The translations under genes were made by a program, and so were the position numbers. The notes under the pieces were generated by a model. That model ran no database searches. It worked only from the letters and a program-made list of their open reading frames with translations, and was not told where the DNA came from. Below are positions 27,055-36,885 of a stretch of 64,000 bases of DNA, in pieces. Every line of letters begins with the position of its first letter. Position 1 is the stretch's first letter. This DNA comes from an uncultured Noviherbaspirillum sp. (GTDB taxonomy: Bacteria; Pseudomonadota; Gammaproteobacteria; Burkholderiales; Burkholderiaceae_D). The DNA lies in NCBI GenBank assembly GCA_966211585.1, contig CBIHNU010000013.1, positions 36,384 through 100,383 on the forward strand. Reading direction: 5' to 3'.

Positions 27055-27864
27055 ATGATTCCAGCGCTCTCGCTCGACAATATCACCTGCACCTTCATTT
27101 CCGCCGACGACCGCTCGCAGCGTTACACGGCGGTCGCCGACTCCACGTTGCACATCGCTCCCGGCGAATTCGTGTCGGTGGTCGGCCCGACCGGCTGCGG
27201 CAAGTCAACCTTGCTGAATGTCGGCGCCGGCTTGCTGGCACCGTCTTCGGGCAGCGTCAAGGTGTTCGGCGAAGCGCTGGACGGCATCAACCGCCGCGCC
27301 GGCTACATGTTCCAGGCGGAAGCGCTGATGCCCTGGCGCAGCGCGTTGCAGAACGTGATCGCCGGCCTGCAGTTTCGCGGCATCGACGAAGCGCAGGCGC
27401 ACAAGCTCGGCGAGGAATGGCTGGCGCGCGTCGGCCTGCAGGGCTTCGGCGACCGCTATCCGCACCAGCTGTCCGGTGGCATGCGCAAGCGGGTCGCACT
27501 GGCGCAGACCCTGATTCTTGATCCGGACATCATCCTGATGGACGAACCGTTTTCCGCGCTCGATGTTCAAACCCGCCAGTTGATGGAAAACGAGGTGCTG
27601 GAATTGTGGAGCGCGAAGAAGAAGGCGGTGCTGTTCATCACGCATGACCTCGATGAAGCGATCGCAATGTCGGACCGCGTGGTGGTGCTGTCGGCCGGGC
27701 CGTCCACCCATCCGATCGGCGAATTCACGATCGATCTGCCGCGTCCGCGCGACGTCGCCGAAATCCGCACGCATCCGCGTTTCGTCGAGTTGCATGCGCA
27801 GATCTGGAATGTATTGCGCGAAGAAGTGCTGAAGGGCTATCAGCAACAGAAACGGAGAGCCTGA
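27055..27864 (+). CDS. NitT/TauT family ABC transporter ATP-binding protein
   Basis: GPTGCGKST, LSGGM, LMDEPFSALD, FITHD. Confidence 0.92.
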   Translation: MIPALSLDNITCTFISADDRSQRYTAVADSTLHIAPGEFVSVVGPTGCGKSTLLNVGAGLLAPSSGSVKVFGEALDGINRRAGYMFQAEALMPWRSALQNVIAGLQFRGIDEAQAHKLGEEWLARVGLQGFGDRYPHQLSGGMRKRVALAQTLILDPDIILMDEPFSALDVQTRQLMENEVLELWSAKKKAVLFITHDLDEAIAMSDRVVVLSAGPSTHPIGEFTIDLPRPRDVAEIRTHPRFVELHAQIWNVLREEVLKGYQQQKRRA

Positions 27865-27865
27865 G

Positions 27866-28717
27866 ATGTGGAACGCAATCAAGCCGAATCAGCGCAACCT
27901 GCGCGTCTGGCAGGCATTGCTGCTGGTAGTGCTGTTCGGGATCTGGCATCTTGCATCGCGCGAACCGCGGGCGGCATTCTTCTTCGGCGAGCCGGTGAAA
28001 GTGCTGCAACGCATCTGGCAATGGTTTACCGTCGGCGGCGGCACGCTGGACGTCGGCATCGGCGATGCAACCTGGTTTACGCTGCACTTTCCCGCCGAGA
28101 TCTATTCACACCTGCTGGTGACCCTGACCGAAACCCTGCTTGCATTCGGCATCGGCACGCTGCTCGGACTCGGCTTCGGCCTGTGGCTGGCATTGTCGCC
28201 GCTGTCGTCGGCGATTCTCGATCCCTATATCAAGGCGGCCAACTCGATGCCGCGCGTGATCCTCGCGCCGATCTTCGGCATGTGGTTCGGACTCGGCATC
28301 TGGTCCAAGGTCGCGCTGGCAGTGACGCTGGTGTTTTTCATCGTGTTCTTCAATGTCTACCAGGGCGTGAAGGAAGTCAGCCCGGTGGTGCTGGCGAATG
28401 CGCGCATGCTCGGCGCGAACCGGCAGCAGCTACTGCGCCAGGTCTATCTGCCGTCCGCCACGTCATGGGTATTTTCCAGCCTGCATACTTCGGTCGGGCT
28501 GGCGTTCGTCGGTGCGATCGTCGGCGAATATCTCGGTTCGGCGCGCGGTGTCGGTTATCTGATTCTGCAGGCCGAGGGCACATTTGACGTCAACACTGTC
28601 TTTGCCGGCATCCTGGTGCTGACCGCGTTCGCGCTGGTGCTCGACATGCTGGTCGGCGTGATCGAGAAGCGGCTGATGAAGTGGCAGCCAAGATCGGGCG
28701 AAACCGAAAAGCTGTAG
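27866..28717 (+). CDS. NitT/TauT family ABC transporter permease
   Basis: Multiple TM segments, ARMLGA EAA-like loop, GEYLGSARGVGYLI. Confidence 0.92.
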   Translation: MWNAIKPNQRNLRVWQALLLVVLFGIWHLASREPRAAFFFGEPVKVLQRIWQWFTVGGGTLDVGIGDATWFTLHFPAEIYSHLLVTLTETLLAFGIGTLLGLGFGLWLALSPLSSAILDPYIKAANSMPRVILAPIFGMWFGLGIWSKVALAVTLVFFIVFFNVYQGVKEVSPVVLANARMLGANRQQLLRQVYLPSATSWVFSSLHTSVGLAFVGAIVGEYLGSARGVGYLILQAEGTFDVNTVFAGILVLTAFALVLDMLVGVIEKRLMKWQPRSGETEKL

Positions 28718-28871
28718 CGGGCGCGGCTTTTGCTTCGATAACGATTTGCCGCTTGCTGCGCGGAGAAGGTGCAATCGCGCATCATAATGATCGTCGTCAT
28801 GCATGGCAGGCGATAACGGCGCATGGCTGTGCATCATGTGTGGGCATTTCGACCAATTTACGGAGAAGAAG

Positions 28872-29477
28872 ATGACAGGAATTTCGAGCAGGCAGGGCGT
28901 TCTCGCAATCGCTGGCTTGACAGTTTTTTCGGCTGCTACGCCGGCGTTCGCGCATCCCGGCATTCATCATGTCGCACTGAGCGTGACGACCGGATTCGCG
29001 CATCCCTTTTCCGGGCTGGATCATATGCTGGCATTTGCCGCGATCGGCTTGTGGAGCGCGCAGCACCGCGGACGGGCCACATGGCTGTTGCCGCTGCTGT
29101 TCATGGCGACGATGATATTGGGCGCATTGGCCGGCCTGGGCGGCCTGCGGCTACCGGGTATCGAAACTGGGATCGCCGCATCGGTGGCGATCCTCGGCCT
29201 GCTGACGGCGTTTTCAGTGCGCATGCCGCTGGCGGCGAGCAGTGCGCTGGTATCCGTGTTTGCGTTGTTGCATGGGTATGCGCATGGAACCGAGCTGCCG
29301 CAACAGATGTCGGCGGCGTCTTACATCTTCGGCTTCGCGATGGCGACCGGCTTGCTGCATCTCACCGGCTTTGCCGCGGCATCGCTGGCCAGCCGGTTGG
29401 CTGCAGGTGGTGCCACGCGGCTGGCCGGTGCCGGCATTGCGGCGACCGGCATGTACCTGCTCGCGGCCGTCGTTTGA
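28872..29477 (+). CDS. hupE: HupE/UreJ family Ni/Co transporter
   Basis: HPG..H...GFAHPFSGLDHMLA, FALLHGYAHGTELP. Confidence 0.88.
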   Translation: MTGISSRQGVLAIAGLTVFSAATPAFAHPGIHHVALSVTTGFAHPFSGLDHMLAFAAIGLWSAQHRGRATWLLPLLFMATMILGALAGLGGLRLPGIETGIAASVAILGLLTAFSVRMPLAASSALVSVFALLHGYAHGTELPQQMSAASYIFGFAMATGLLHLTGFAAASLASRLAAGGATRLAGAGIAATGMYLLAAVV

Positions 29478-29486
29478 GTGAAGGCG

Positions 29487-30971
29487 TCAGCCTTTCAGCA
29501 GCGGCCGTAGCGCAAGCACGCCGCGCCTGATCTCCTCGGGCGGCACCGCGGCGAAACCGAACAGCAGCCCCGATGCTTTCGCTTGCGCCTCCGCGGGACC
29601 GGCATTGTAGAAGCCCGATAACGCGCGCAACTCGATGCCTTTTTCCAGCGCTGCCTGCACCACTGCCTGGTCGTTGCGCCGGCGTTTGAAGGTGGCGGTG
29701 AACTGGATGCCGGCATCGGTCGCTCCGATCCGCAATTCGTCGGCCAGATGCGCATCCAGCGCGTCCAGCAAGGCCGCGCGCCGTTCCGCATACACGGTGC
29801 GGGTTCGTTTGATGTGGCGGCTGAAGTGTCCCTGCGTAATGAAATCGGCCAGCACCAGTTGCGGCACGGTCGCGGTATGGCGATCGATGATTGCCTTGCC
29901 CTGCGTGAACGCATCGACCAGCGCCGGCGGCACCACCAGGTAACCGAGCCGCAGCCCGGGAAACAGAAGCTTGGACAAGGTGCCGACGTACAGCACGCAG
30001 CCGGCCGTGTCCAGGCTTTGCAGCGATGCCAGTGGCGGCCCGGTGTAGCGGTATTCGCTGTCGTAGTCGTCTTCCACCACCCACACCTTGTTGCGCGCCG
30101 CCCAGCCGAGCAGCGCCAGCCGGCGTTGCAGGCTCATCGTCACGCCCAGCGGCAACTGATGCGACGGCGTCGCATAGACCAGCTTTGCATCCGGGTAGCG
30201 CTCGATGCCAAACGCGACTGACAGGCCTTCATTGTCCAGCGGCACCGGACAGGCGCGCGCATCGACCGCGCGTAATGACGCGGTAATGCCGCGATATCCC
30301 GGCTCCTCGACCCACGCAGCGTCATTCGGCGCCAGCAGCATCGATGCAATCAGGAACAGCGCCTGTTGCGAGCCGGAAGTGACGATGACCTGCTCGGGCG
30401 CGCAATGCACACCGCGCGAGGCACGCAGGTAAGCGGCCAGCGCCTCCCGCAACGGAGGGCAGCCGGCCGGATCGTCGTAGCCGAGGTGATGGCCGGGGCG
30501 GCGCCAGCGACGCGCTTCCAGGCGTGCCCACACTTCAAACGGGAACACATCGAGGCCGGGCATGCCGATGCGGAACGCGCGCGGCATGCCCTGGTGGATG
30601 TTCAGCCGCGCGGCTTCACCAATGAAGCCCTGGCCGCGTTTCGACAGGGGACGCAACGGGACGGGTGCGGCATTTTCCGGCACGGATCTCCTTGCCGGCG
30701 ACGAGAGCGGCAAGCTCGCGCTGACAAAGGTGCCTTTTCCCACGGTGCCGGATAGGAAGCCTTCCGCCATCAGTTGTGCATAGGCGTTCAGCACGGTCTG
30801 GCGCGAGATGCCGAACAGCCGCGACAGTTCCCGGGTCGGCGGCAATTGCGTGCCAGGGCCCATCCTGCCGTCGAGTATCGCCTGCTTGATGGCGTCATAC
30901 AGTTGGCGAAACATCGGTGTGCGCGAGGCCGGGTCCAGCCGCAGGGTCGTCAGGGATTGTGCCAGGTGCAT
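29487..30971 (-). CDS. MocR/GabR-family GntR regulator with aminotransferase domain
   Basis: wHTH (QLPPTRELSRLFGISRQTV...QLMAEG), EEPGY, TPSHQLPLG, EDDYDSEYRY, GTLSKLLFPGLRLGY. Confidence 0.93.
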   Translation of the reverse strand: MHLAQSLTTLRLDPASRTPMFRQLYDAIKQAILDGRMGPGTQLPPTRELSRLFGISRQTVLNAYAQLMAEGFLSGTVGKGTFVSASLPLSSPARRSVPENAAPVPLRPLSKRGQGFIGEAARLNIHQGMPRAFRIGMPGLDVFPFEVWARLEARRWRRPGHHLGYDDPAGCPPLREALAAYLRASRGVHCAPEQVIVTSGSQQALFLIASMLLAPNDAAWVEEPGYRGITASLRAVDARACPVPLDNEGLSVAFGIERYPDAKLVYATPSHQLPLGVTMSLQRRLALLGWAARNKVWVVEDDYDSEYRYTGPPLASLQSLDTAGCVLYVGTLSKLLFPGLRLGYLVVPPALVDAFTQGKAIIDRHTATVPQLVLADFITQGHFSRHIKRTRTVYAERRAALLDALDAHLADELRIGATDAGIQFTATFKRRRNDQAVVQAALEKGIELRALSGFYNAGPAEAQAKASGLLFGFAAVPPEEIRRGVLALRPLLKG

Positions 30972-30974
30972 GGG

Positions 30975-31060
30975 TTGGTCCGGATTTATATTGGTATTTT
31001 AAAAATAGCATTTATTGGTACTTCAGAAAAGCCAAAGCATGGGCTAATCTTTGCCCAATA
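30975..31060. promoter_or_regulatory. Candidate MocR-type operator
   Basis: Direct repeat TATTGGTA at 30989-30996 and 31013-31020, plus inverted CCAATA at 31055-31060, in an AT-rich divergent region. Confidence 0.55.
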
Positions 31061-31084
31061 CCCGCCTATCTGACGAGGACAGCA

Positions 31085-31546
31085 ATGCATACCTACGAAG
31101 CGACCGTCTCCTGGAAAAAAGGGGATCAGAATTTCTCCGACAACCGTTACAGCCGCGCGCATACCTGGCGCTTTGACGGCGGCGCGCAAGTGGCTGCGTC
31201 GTCGTCGCCGCTGAGCGTGCCGGAGCCGATGTCGGTGGCGGCAAACGTCGATCCGGAAGAGGCGCTGATTGCCGCCACGTCGAGCTGTCACATGCTGTTC
31301 TTCCTGTCGTTTGCCGCGAGGCGCGGCTTCGTGGTCGACGATTATGTCGATCATGCGGCCGGCGTGATGGAGAAAAACGGCGAAGGGAAGATCGCGATCA
31401 CACGCATCACGCTGCGCCCGGCGATCACGTTTTCAGGCGAACGCCGGCCGACGCCCGAAGAGCTGACCGAGCTGCATCATCGCTCGCACGAGGCGTGCTA
31501 CATTGCAAATTCGATCAAGGCCGACGTCGTTGTCGAATCCATCTGA
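31085..31546 (+). CDS. OsmC/Ohr family protein
   Basis: YSRAHTWRFDGG, DPEEALIAATSSCHML, second Cys in HEACYIANS. Confidence 0.88.
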   Translation: MHTYEATVSWKKGDQNFSDNRYSRAHTWRFDGGAQVAASSSPLSVPEPMSVAANVDPEEALIAATSSCHMLFFLSFAARRGFVVDDYVDHAAGVMEKNGEGKIAITRITLRPAITFSGERRPTPEELTELHHRSHEACYIANSIKADVVVESI

Positions 31547-31563
31547 CCCGGACCAGGAGCATC

Positions 31564-32205
31564 ATGTATATTCCCACCCACTTCGAAGAGACGCGAGCCG
31601 AACTGCTGCACCGGTTGATGCGCCAGCATCCGCTCGGTACGCTGGTGACATTGGAGAGCGGCGGGCTCAACGCGAATCATATTCCATTCGAATTCGACGC
31701 TGGTCCGGCGCCTTTCGGCGTATTGCGCGCCCATGTGCCGCGCGCCAACCCGGTATGGCGCGAAGCATCGACAGAGGTGGATACGCTGGTCGTTTTCCAG
31801 GGGCCGCAAACCTACATCACGCCGTCCTGGTATGCGACCAAGCAGGAGACAGGGCGCGTGGTGCCGACCTATAACTACATGGTCGTGCACGCCTACGGTC
31901 CGCTGCGTGTGATCGACGATGCAGTGTGGTTGCGCGCACACCTGGAACGCTTGACCGGCCACTTCGAGAACGGGCGCGCACATCCTTGGAAGGTGAGCGA
32001 TGCGCCCGACGAATACATTGCGAAACTGTTGCCTGCGCTGGTCGGTATCGAGATACCGATCACCAGGCTGCTGGGAAAATGGAAGGTGAGCCAGAACCAG
32101 CCGCAGGTGAATCGTGAGGGCGTCGAGCGCGGCTTGCGCGAGTCCGGCAGCGGCGCGAGTGCGATGGCGGACGAACTTGCGCGCCGTCTGCAGAACGGCG
32201 CATAA
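31564..32205 (+). CDS. paiB: PaiB-like FMN-binding split-barrel protein
   Basis: MYIP.HF, GPQTYITPSWY, VVPTYNYMVVHAYG, GKWKVSQN. Confidence 0.88.
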   Translation: MYIPTHFEETRAELLHRLMRQHPLGTLVTLESGGLNANHIPFEFDAGPAPFGVLRAHVPRANPVWREASTEVDTLVVFQGPQTYITPSWYATKQETGRVVPTYNYMVVHAYGPLRVIDDAVWLRAHLERLTGHFENGRAHPWKVSDAPDEYIAKLLPALVGIEIPITRLLGKWKVSQNQPQVNREGVERGLRESGSGASAMADELARRLQNGA

Positions 32206-32262
32206 ACGCAACGCATAAGCATACGCAGAGGCCGGCCGCTTCCAGATTTCCCCGCCGTTTTT

Positions 32263-33186
32263 CTACCAGACCGTTGCTTTCTTCCGGTTGCCGCCGGACG
32301 GCTCGTTGAAACTTTCCGCGAGAAATTCGGTGAACGCGCGCACACGCGGCGAAGCGCCATGCCGCTCCGGATAGACCGCGAAAATATCGGCTGACGGCGT
32401 TGCGTACTCCTGCAGCAGGACCTGCAGGCGGCCCGAGCGCAAATACTTCGCGATATCCCACTCGGCGCGCAGCATGATGCCGTGGCCGTCGAGCACCCAG
32501 TTCAGCGCGACCTCGCCGTCGTTGCTGCTGAGCGTGCCCCTGACCTTGATGGTTTCGATGTTCTTTCCCCGCGCGAAACGCCAGGTGCCGTACGCATTGT
32601 CGTTCTGCCGCAGCACGATGCAGTTGTGCCGTGCGAGGTCGTGCGGCACTTTCGGCGTGCCATGCTTTTTCAGGTAGGACGGCGCCGCGCACACCAGCCG
32701 CCGGTTGGCCGCAATCCGCTTCGCGACCAGTCGGGTATCGGGAATCTCGCCGAAGCGTATGCCGACCTCGAACGCTTCATCGACCAGGCTCAACGGATGA
32801 TCGGTGAGCTGCAGCTGCACCTCGACTTCCGGATAACGCTTGACGAAGCGCGACACGATCGGCGTCAGGTAGGTGCGGCCGAAACCCAGCGGCGCATTGA
32901 CCCGCAGCAATCCCTTCGGCGCGGCGCGATTGCGCGACACTAGCCGTTCCATGTCTTCCAGCTCGGTGATGATGCGCGCCGCGTTCGCATGGAAGGTTTC
33001 TCCTTCATCGGTCAGGCTGAGCCGCCGCGTGGTGCGGTTCAGCAACGGCACGCCGAGCCGGTCTTCCAGCTTCGACAGCCGCTTGCTGACCGATGCCGGC
33101 GTCACGCCGAGTTCGCGCGCGGCCGCCGACAGGCTGCCCTGCTTGACGATCAGTTGGAAAAATCGCAGTTCCAGCGACTCGATCAT
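32263..33186 (-). CDS. LysR-type regulator (DmlR/CrgA-like)
   Basis: GSLSAAARELGVTPASVSKRLSKLE, LLNRTTR. Divergent from tartrate dehydrogenase. Confidence 0.92.
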   Translation of the reverse strand: MIESLELRFFQLIVKQGSLSAAARELGVTPASVSKRLSKLEDRLGVPLLNRTTRRLSLTDEGETFHANAARIITELEDMERLVSRNRAAPKGLLRVNAPLGFGRTYLTPIVSRFVKRYPEVEVQLQLTDHPLSLVDEAFEVGIRFGEIPDTRLVAKRIAANRRLVCAAPSYLKKHGTPKVPHDLARHNCIVLRQNDNAYGTWRFARGKNIETIKVRGTLSSNDGEVALNWVLDGHGIMLRAEWDIAKYLRSGRLQVLLQEYATPSADIFAVYPERHGASPRVRAFTEFLAESFNEPSGGNRKKATVW

Positions 33187-33188
33187 TT

Positions 33189-33204
33189 TTAACTCCAGCG
33201 ATAA
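33189..33204. promoter_or_regulatory. Candidate LysR recognition site
   Basis: TTAAC-N6-GATAA near-palindrome containing T-N11-A, adjacent to the LysR start codon. Confidence 0.35.
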
Positions 33205-33340
33205 AGTAGGTTGAATTTACACGCATTCGATCAACTGTCAAATCCCGTAAAGTCTGTCCATCAACCGGACAGCCGCCAGCGGCATGGCGTGCCTGTCACC
33301 GGAAATTCACCCAACTGGACAACTGAAAAAAGGAAATGTC

Positions 33341-34402
33341 ATGCGGACATACAAGATTGCAGCGATTCCGGCGGACGGAATCGGGCCGGAAGTGATTGCG
33401 GCGGGGCTGGAAGTGCTGAACGTGCTGGCAAGGCGCGATGGCGGCTTTGCACTGGACGTCGAACACTTTCCGTGGAGCTCGGAGTACTACCTGAAGCACG
33501 GCCACTATATCCCCGAAGGCGGCCTGGAAAAGCTGAAAACCTTCGACGCGATTTTCTTCGGCGCGGTGGGCAGTCAGCAGGTGGCGGACCATGTGTCGTT
33601 GTGGGGCCTGCGCCTGCCGATTGCGCAGGGTTTCGACCAGTATGCGAACGTGCGCCCGGCGCGCGTGCTGCCCGGCGTGAACAGTCCGCTGAAAGGCGGT
33701 GAGGGCATCGACTGGGTGATCGTGCGCGAGAATTCGGAAGGCGAATATGCGGGCCACGGCGGCCGCGCACATCGCGGCCTGCCGATTGAAGTCGGCACCG
33801 AGACGGCGGTATTCACCCGCGCCGGTGTCGAGCGGATTCATCGCTTCGCGTTCGAACTGGCGCGCAAGCGGCCGCGCAAGCACCTGACGCTGGTCACCAA
33901 GTCGAACGCGCAGCGCTTCGGCATGGTGATGTGGGATGAAATCTTCGCCGAAGTTGCGGCGGATTTCCCGGACGTGACAACCGATCGCGAACTGGTCGAT
34001 GCGGTGACCACGCGCATGGTACTGAAGCCGCAGACGCTGGACGTGGTGGTCGCGACCAATCTGCACGCAGACATTCTGTCGGACCTGGCCGCCGCGCTGT
34101 CGGGCAGCCTCGGCATCGGCCCGACCGCGAACTTGAATCCGGAGCGCACTTTCCCGTCGATGTTCGAGCCGATCCACGGTTCCGCGTTCGACATTACCGG
34201 CAAGGGCATCGCCAATCCGATCGCCACCTTCTGGACCGCTGCGATGATGCTGGAACACCTGGGCGAGGCCGATGCGGCGGCGCGGCTGATGAAGGCGGTC
34301 GAGGCGGTGACCGCGGAAAAGATTCACACGCCCGACCTCGGCGGCAAGGCCACGACCGCGCAGGTCACAGCGGCGGTGCGCCGCCATCTGGGCGCCGCAT
34401 AA
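33341..34402 (+). CDS. ttuC: Tartrate dehydrogenase / D-malate dehydrogenase (decarboxylating)
   Basis: IPADGIGPEV, FDQYANVRP, RENSEGEY, TKSNAQRFGMVMWD, SMFEPIHGSAFDI. Confidence 0.9.
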   Translation: MRTYKIAAIPADGIGPEVIAAGLEVLNVLARRDGGFALDVEHFPWSSEYYLKHGHYIPEGGLEKLKTFDAIFFGAVGSQQVADHVSLWGLRLPIAQGFDQYANVRPARVLPGVNSPLKGGEGIDWVIVRENSEGEYAGHGGRAHRGLPIEVGTETAVFTRAGVERIHRFAFELARKRPRKHLTLVTKSNAQRFGMVMWDEIFAEVAADFPDVTTDRELVDAVTTRMVLKPQTLDVVVATNLHADILSDLAAALSGSLGIGPTANLNPERTFPSMFEPIHGSAFDITGKGIANPIATFWTAAMMLEHLGEADAAARLMKAVEAVTAEKIHTPDLGGKATTAQVTAAVRRHLGAA

Positions 34403-34421
34403 ATCGCCGAGAATCCGAGCG

Positions 34422-35708
34422 ATGACAGCGATCACGCCCGCATCCGCCCGCGCGCTGCTGCGCGCGATGTTCGACGCGGCAATCGCATCCGCGCAGCCGG
34501 CGCGCTGTCTGCCGCCGCATCTGCCGGCGCGGCCGGCAAGGCGCGTGATCGTGATCGGCGCCGGCAAGGCGTCGGCGGAGATGGCGCGCGTGGTCGAACA
34601 GCACTGGGAGGGCGAGCTGCGCGGACTGGTAGTCACCCGCTATGGTTATCGCGTACCTTGCGAGCGCATCGAGATCGTCGAAGCCGCGCATCCGCAGCCG
34701 GACGAGGCGGGCGAGCAGGCGGCGCGACGCATGCTCGCGATGGTCGGCAATCTGCGCGCCGACGATCTGGTGCTGTGCCTGATTTCCGGCGGCGGTTCGG
34801 CTTTGCTGCCGCTGCCCGCGCCCGGCATCACGCTCGCGCACAAGCAGGCGGTGAATGCCGCACTGCTGGCAAGCGGCGCCGGCATTTCGGAAATCAATTG
34901 CGTGCGGCGTCATCTGTCCGGCATCAAGGGCGGCCGGTTGGCGGCTGCCTGCCATCCGGCGCAAGTGCTGACCCTGCTGATGTCGGACGTGCCGGGCGAT
35001 GATCCCATCGATATCGCGTCCGGCCCCACGGTACCCGACCCGACCACCTGTGCCGACGCGCTGGCAGTGCTGGCGCGCTACCGGATCGATGTGCCGCCGG
35101 AGGTTGCCGCGTTGCTTGAGAGCGGTGCAGGCGAAACCGTGAAGCCGGGCGATCCGCGGCTGGCCGGCGCACAGACGCGCATGATCGTACGGCCCCAAAC
35201 GGCGCTCGAAGCGGCCGCCCGCGTCGCGCGCGATGCCGGCATCCCGACATACATTCTCGGCGACAGCATCGAAGGCGAAGCCCGCGAAGTCGGCAAGGTC
35301 ATGGCCGGCATTGCGCACAGTGTCGCCTTGCATGGACAGCCGTTCCAGCCGCCATGCATCCTGCTGTCCGGCGGCGAAACCACGGTGACGGTACGTGGTA
35401 ACGGCCGCGGCGGCCGTAACGTCGAATTTCTTCTTTCGCTCGCGCTGGCGCTGAACGGCCGGCCGGGCATTCACGCACTCGCGGGTGATACCGACGGCGT
35501 CGACGGCCAGGAAGAGATCGCCGGTGCCTGTATCGGCCCCGACACGCTGGCGCGAGCCATTCACCTCGACCTGCGGCCGGCCCACAGCCTGGCGAACAAC
35601 GACGGCCACGGCTTTTTCCAGGCGCTCGGTGATGCGGTTGTGACCGGCCCGACGCTGACCAACGTCAATGATTTTCGCGCAATCCTGATCGGAGCGGATT
35701 GCGCATGA
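34422..35708 (+). CDS. ttuD: Glycerate 2-kinase / TtuD (MOFRL family)
   Basis: GAGKAS, LISGGGSAL, IKGGRL, SGGETTV, GRGGRN, TDGVDG, TGPTLTNVNDFR. Confidence 0.9.
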   Translation: MTAITPASARALLRAMFDAAIASAQPARCLPPHLPARPARRVIVIGAGKASAEMARVVEQHWEGELRGLVVTRYGYRVPCERIEIVEAAHPQPDEAGEQAARRMLAMVGNLRADDLVLCLISGGGSALLPLPAPGITLAHKQAVNAALLASGAGISEINCVRRHLSGIKGGRLAAACHPAQVLTLLMSDVPGDDPIDIASGPTVPDPTTCADALAVLARYRIDVPPEVAALLESGAGETVKPGDPRLAGAQTRMIVRPQTALEAAARVARDAGIPTYILGDSIEGEAREVGKVMAGIAHSVALHGQPFQPPCILLSGGETTVTVRGNGRGGRNVEFLLSLALALNGRPGIHALAGDTDGVDGQEEIAGACIGPDTLARAIHLDLRPAHSLANNDGHGFFQALGDAVVTGPTLTNVNDFRAILIGADCA

Positions 35709-35801
35709 CCTTGCACCTGACCGACTCATAGCGTGTGGGTAAGCGGCCGCGCCCGACACGCCTCATTACTATTCGGCGGCCGATTTTGGAAGGAGAACTC
35801 C

Positions 35802-36812
35802 ATGAAAAAACTACTCGCCGCCGCACTGATCGGCGTGACTTCGCTTGCGGCTGCATCGGCCGCGCTGGCGCAGGACCCGATCGTCATCAAGTTCAGCCAT
35901 GTGGTCGCCGAGCATACGCTGAAAGGAAAGGCCGCCGAATATTTCAAGAAGCTGGCCGAAGAGCGCACGCACGGTGCGGTGAAGGTCGAGGTTTATCACA
36001 ACTCGACGCTGTACAAGGACAAGGAAGAACTGGAAGCGCTGCAACTTGGTGCGGTGCAGATGCTGGCACCGACGCCCGGCAAGTTCGGCCCGCTTGGAGT
36101 GCGCGAGTACGAAGTGCTCGACCTGCCTTACCTGTTTGACAGTCTGGCCGAAGAACACAAGGTGACTCAGGGAGCGGTCGGCCGGCAACTGCTGGACAAG
36201 CTGACCAGCAAGGGCGTGCTCGGGCTTGCGTTCTGGGACAACGGTTTCAAGGAAATGACCAGCAACAAGCCGTTGCGCAAGCCGGAAGATTTCAAGGGAA
36301 TGAAAATTCGCATCCAGTCGTCACGCGTGATCGATGCGCAGATGCGCGCGCTCGGCGCACTGCCGCAGGTGATGTCGTTCGCCGAACTGTACGGCGCGCT
36401 GCAGACCGGTGTGGTCGATGGCCAGGAGAATCCGACCAATGTGATCTATCCGTCCAAGCTGTATGAAGTGCAGAAATACCTGACGCTGTCCGATCACGGC
36501 TACCACGGCTATGTGGTGATCACCAATCCGAAGTTCTGGGCCGGACTGCCGCCGGATATCCGCAGCACGCTCGAAGGCGCGTTGCGCGATACCAGCAAGT
36601 ACTTCAACGAGGCCGCCGAAAAGGAAAACGCGGAAGGGCTGGAAGCGATCCGCAAGTCGGGCAAGACGCAGATCATCACCTTGACCGCCGAGGAGAAGAA
36701 GGCGTGGAAAAAGGCGCTGATACCGGTGCACAAGGCGATGGCAGACCGGGTCGGAAAGTCGCTGCTGGAGTCGATCTACAAGGAGACCGGATTCGATCCG
36801 GACAAGCTGTAA
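35802..36812 (+). CDS. dctP: TRAP transporter substrate-binding protein (C4-dicarboxylate type)
   Basis: IKFSHVVA, LQLGAVQM, KIRIQSS (conserved Arg), ALQTGVVDGQEN. RBS AGGAG. Confidence 0.9.
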   Translation: MKKLLAAALIGVTSLAAASAALAQDPIVIKFSHVVAEHTLKGKAAEYFKKLAEERTHGAVKVEVYHNSTLYKDKEELEALQLGAVQMLAPTPGKFGPLGVREYEVLDLPYLFDSLAEEHKVTQGAVGRQLLDKLTSKGVLGLAFWDNGFKEMTSNKPLRKPEDFKGMKIRIQSSRVIDAQMRALGALPQVMSFAELYGALQTGVVDGQENPTNVIYPSKLYEVQKYLTLSDHGYHGYVVITNPKFWAGLPPDIRSTLEGALRDTSKYFNEAAEKENAEGLEAIRKSGKTQIITLTAEEKKAWKKALIPVHKAMADRVGKSLLESIYKETGFDPDKL

Positions 36813-36822
36813 GCGGTAGCGC

Positions 36823-36879
36823 TGCCCGCGGCATGCGCGGGCAATGGCAGGGCGGAAGCGCAGGCGCTTCCGCCCTGTC
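36823..36879. terminator. Tandem GC-rich hairpins between convergent dctP and tal
   Basis: TGCCCGCG-N5-CGCGGGCA (36823-36843) and CAGGGCGGAAGCGC-AG-GCGCTTCCGCCCTG (36848-36877). Confidence 0.55.
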
Positions 36880-36885
36880 GCGTTT

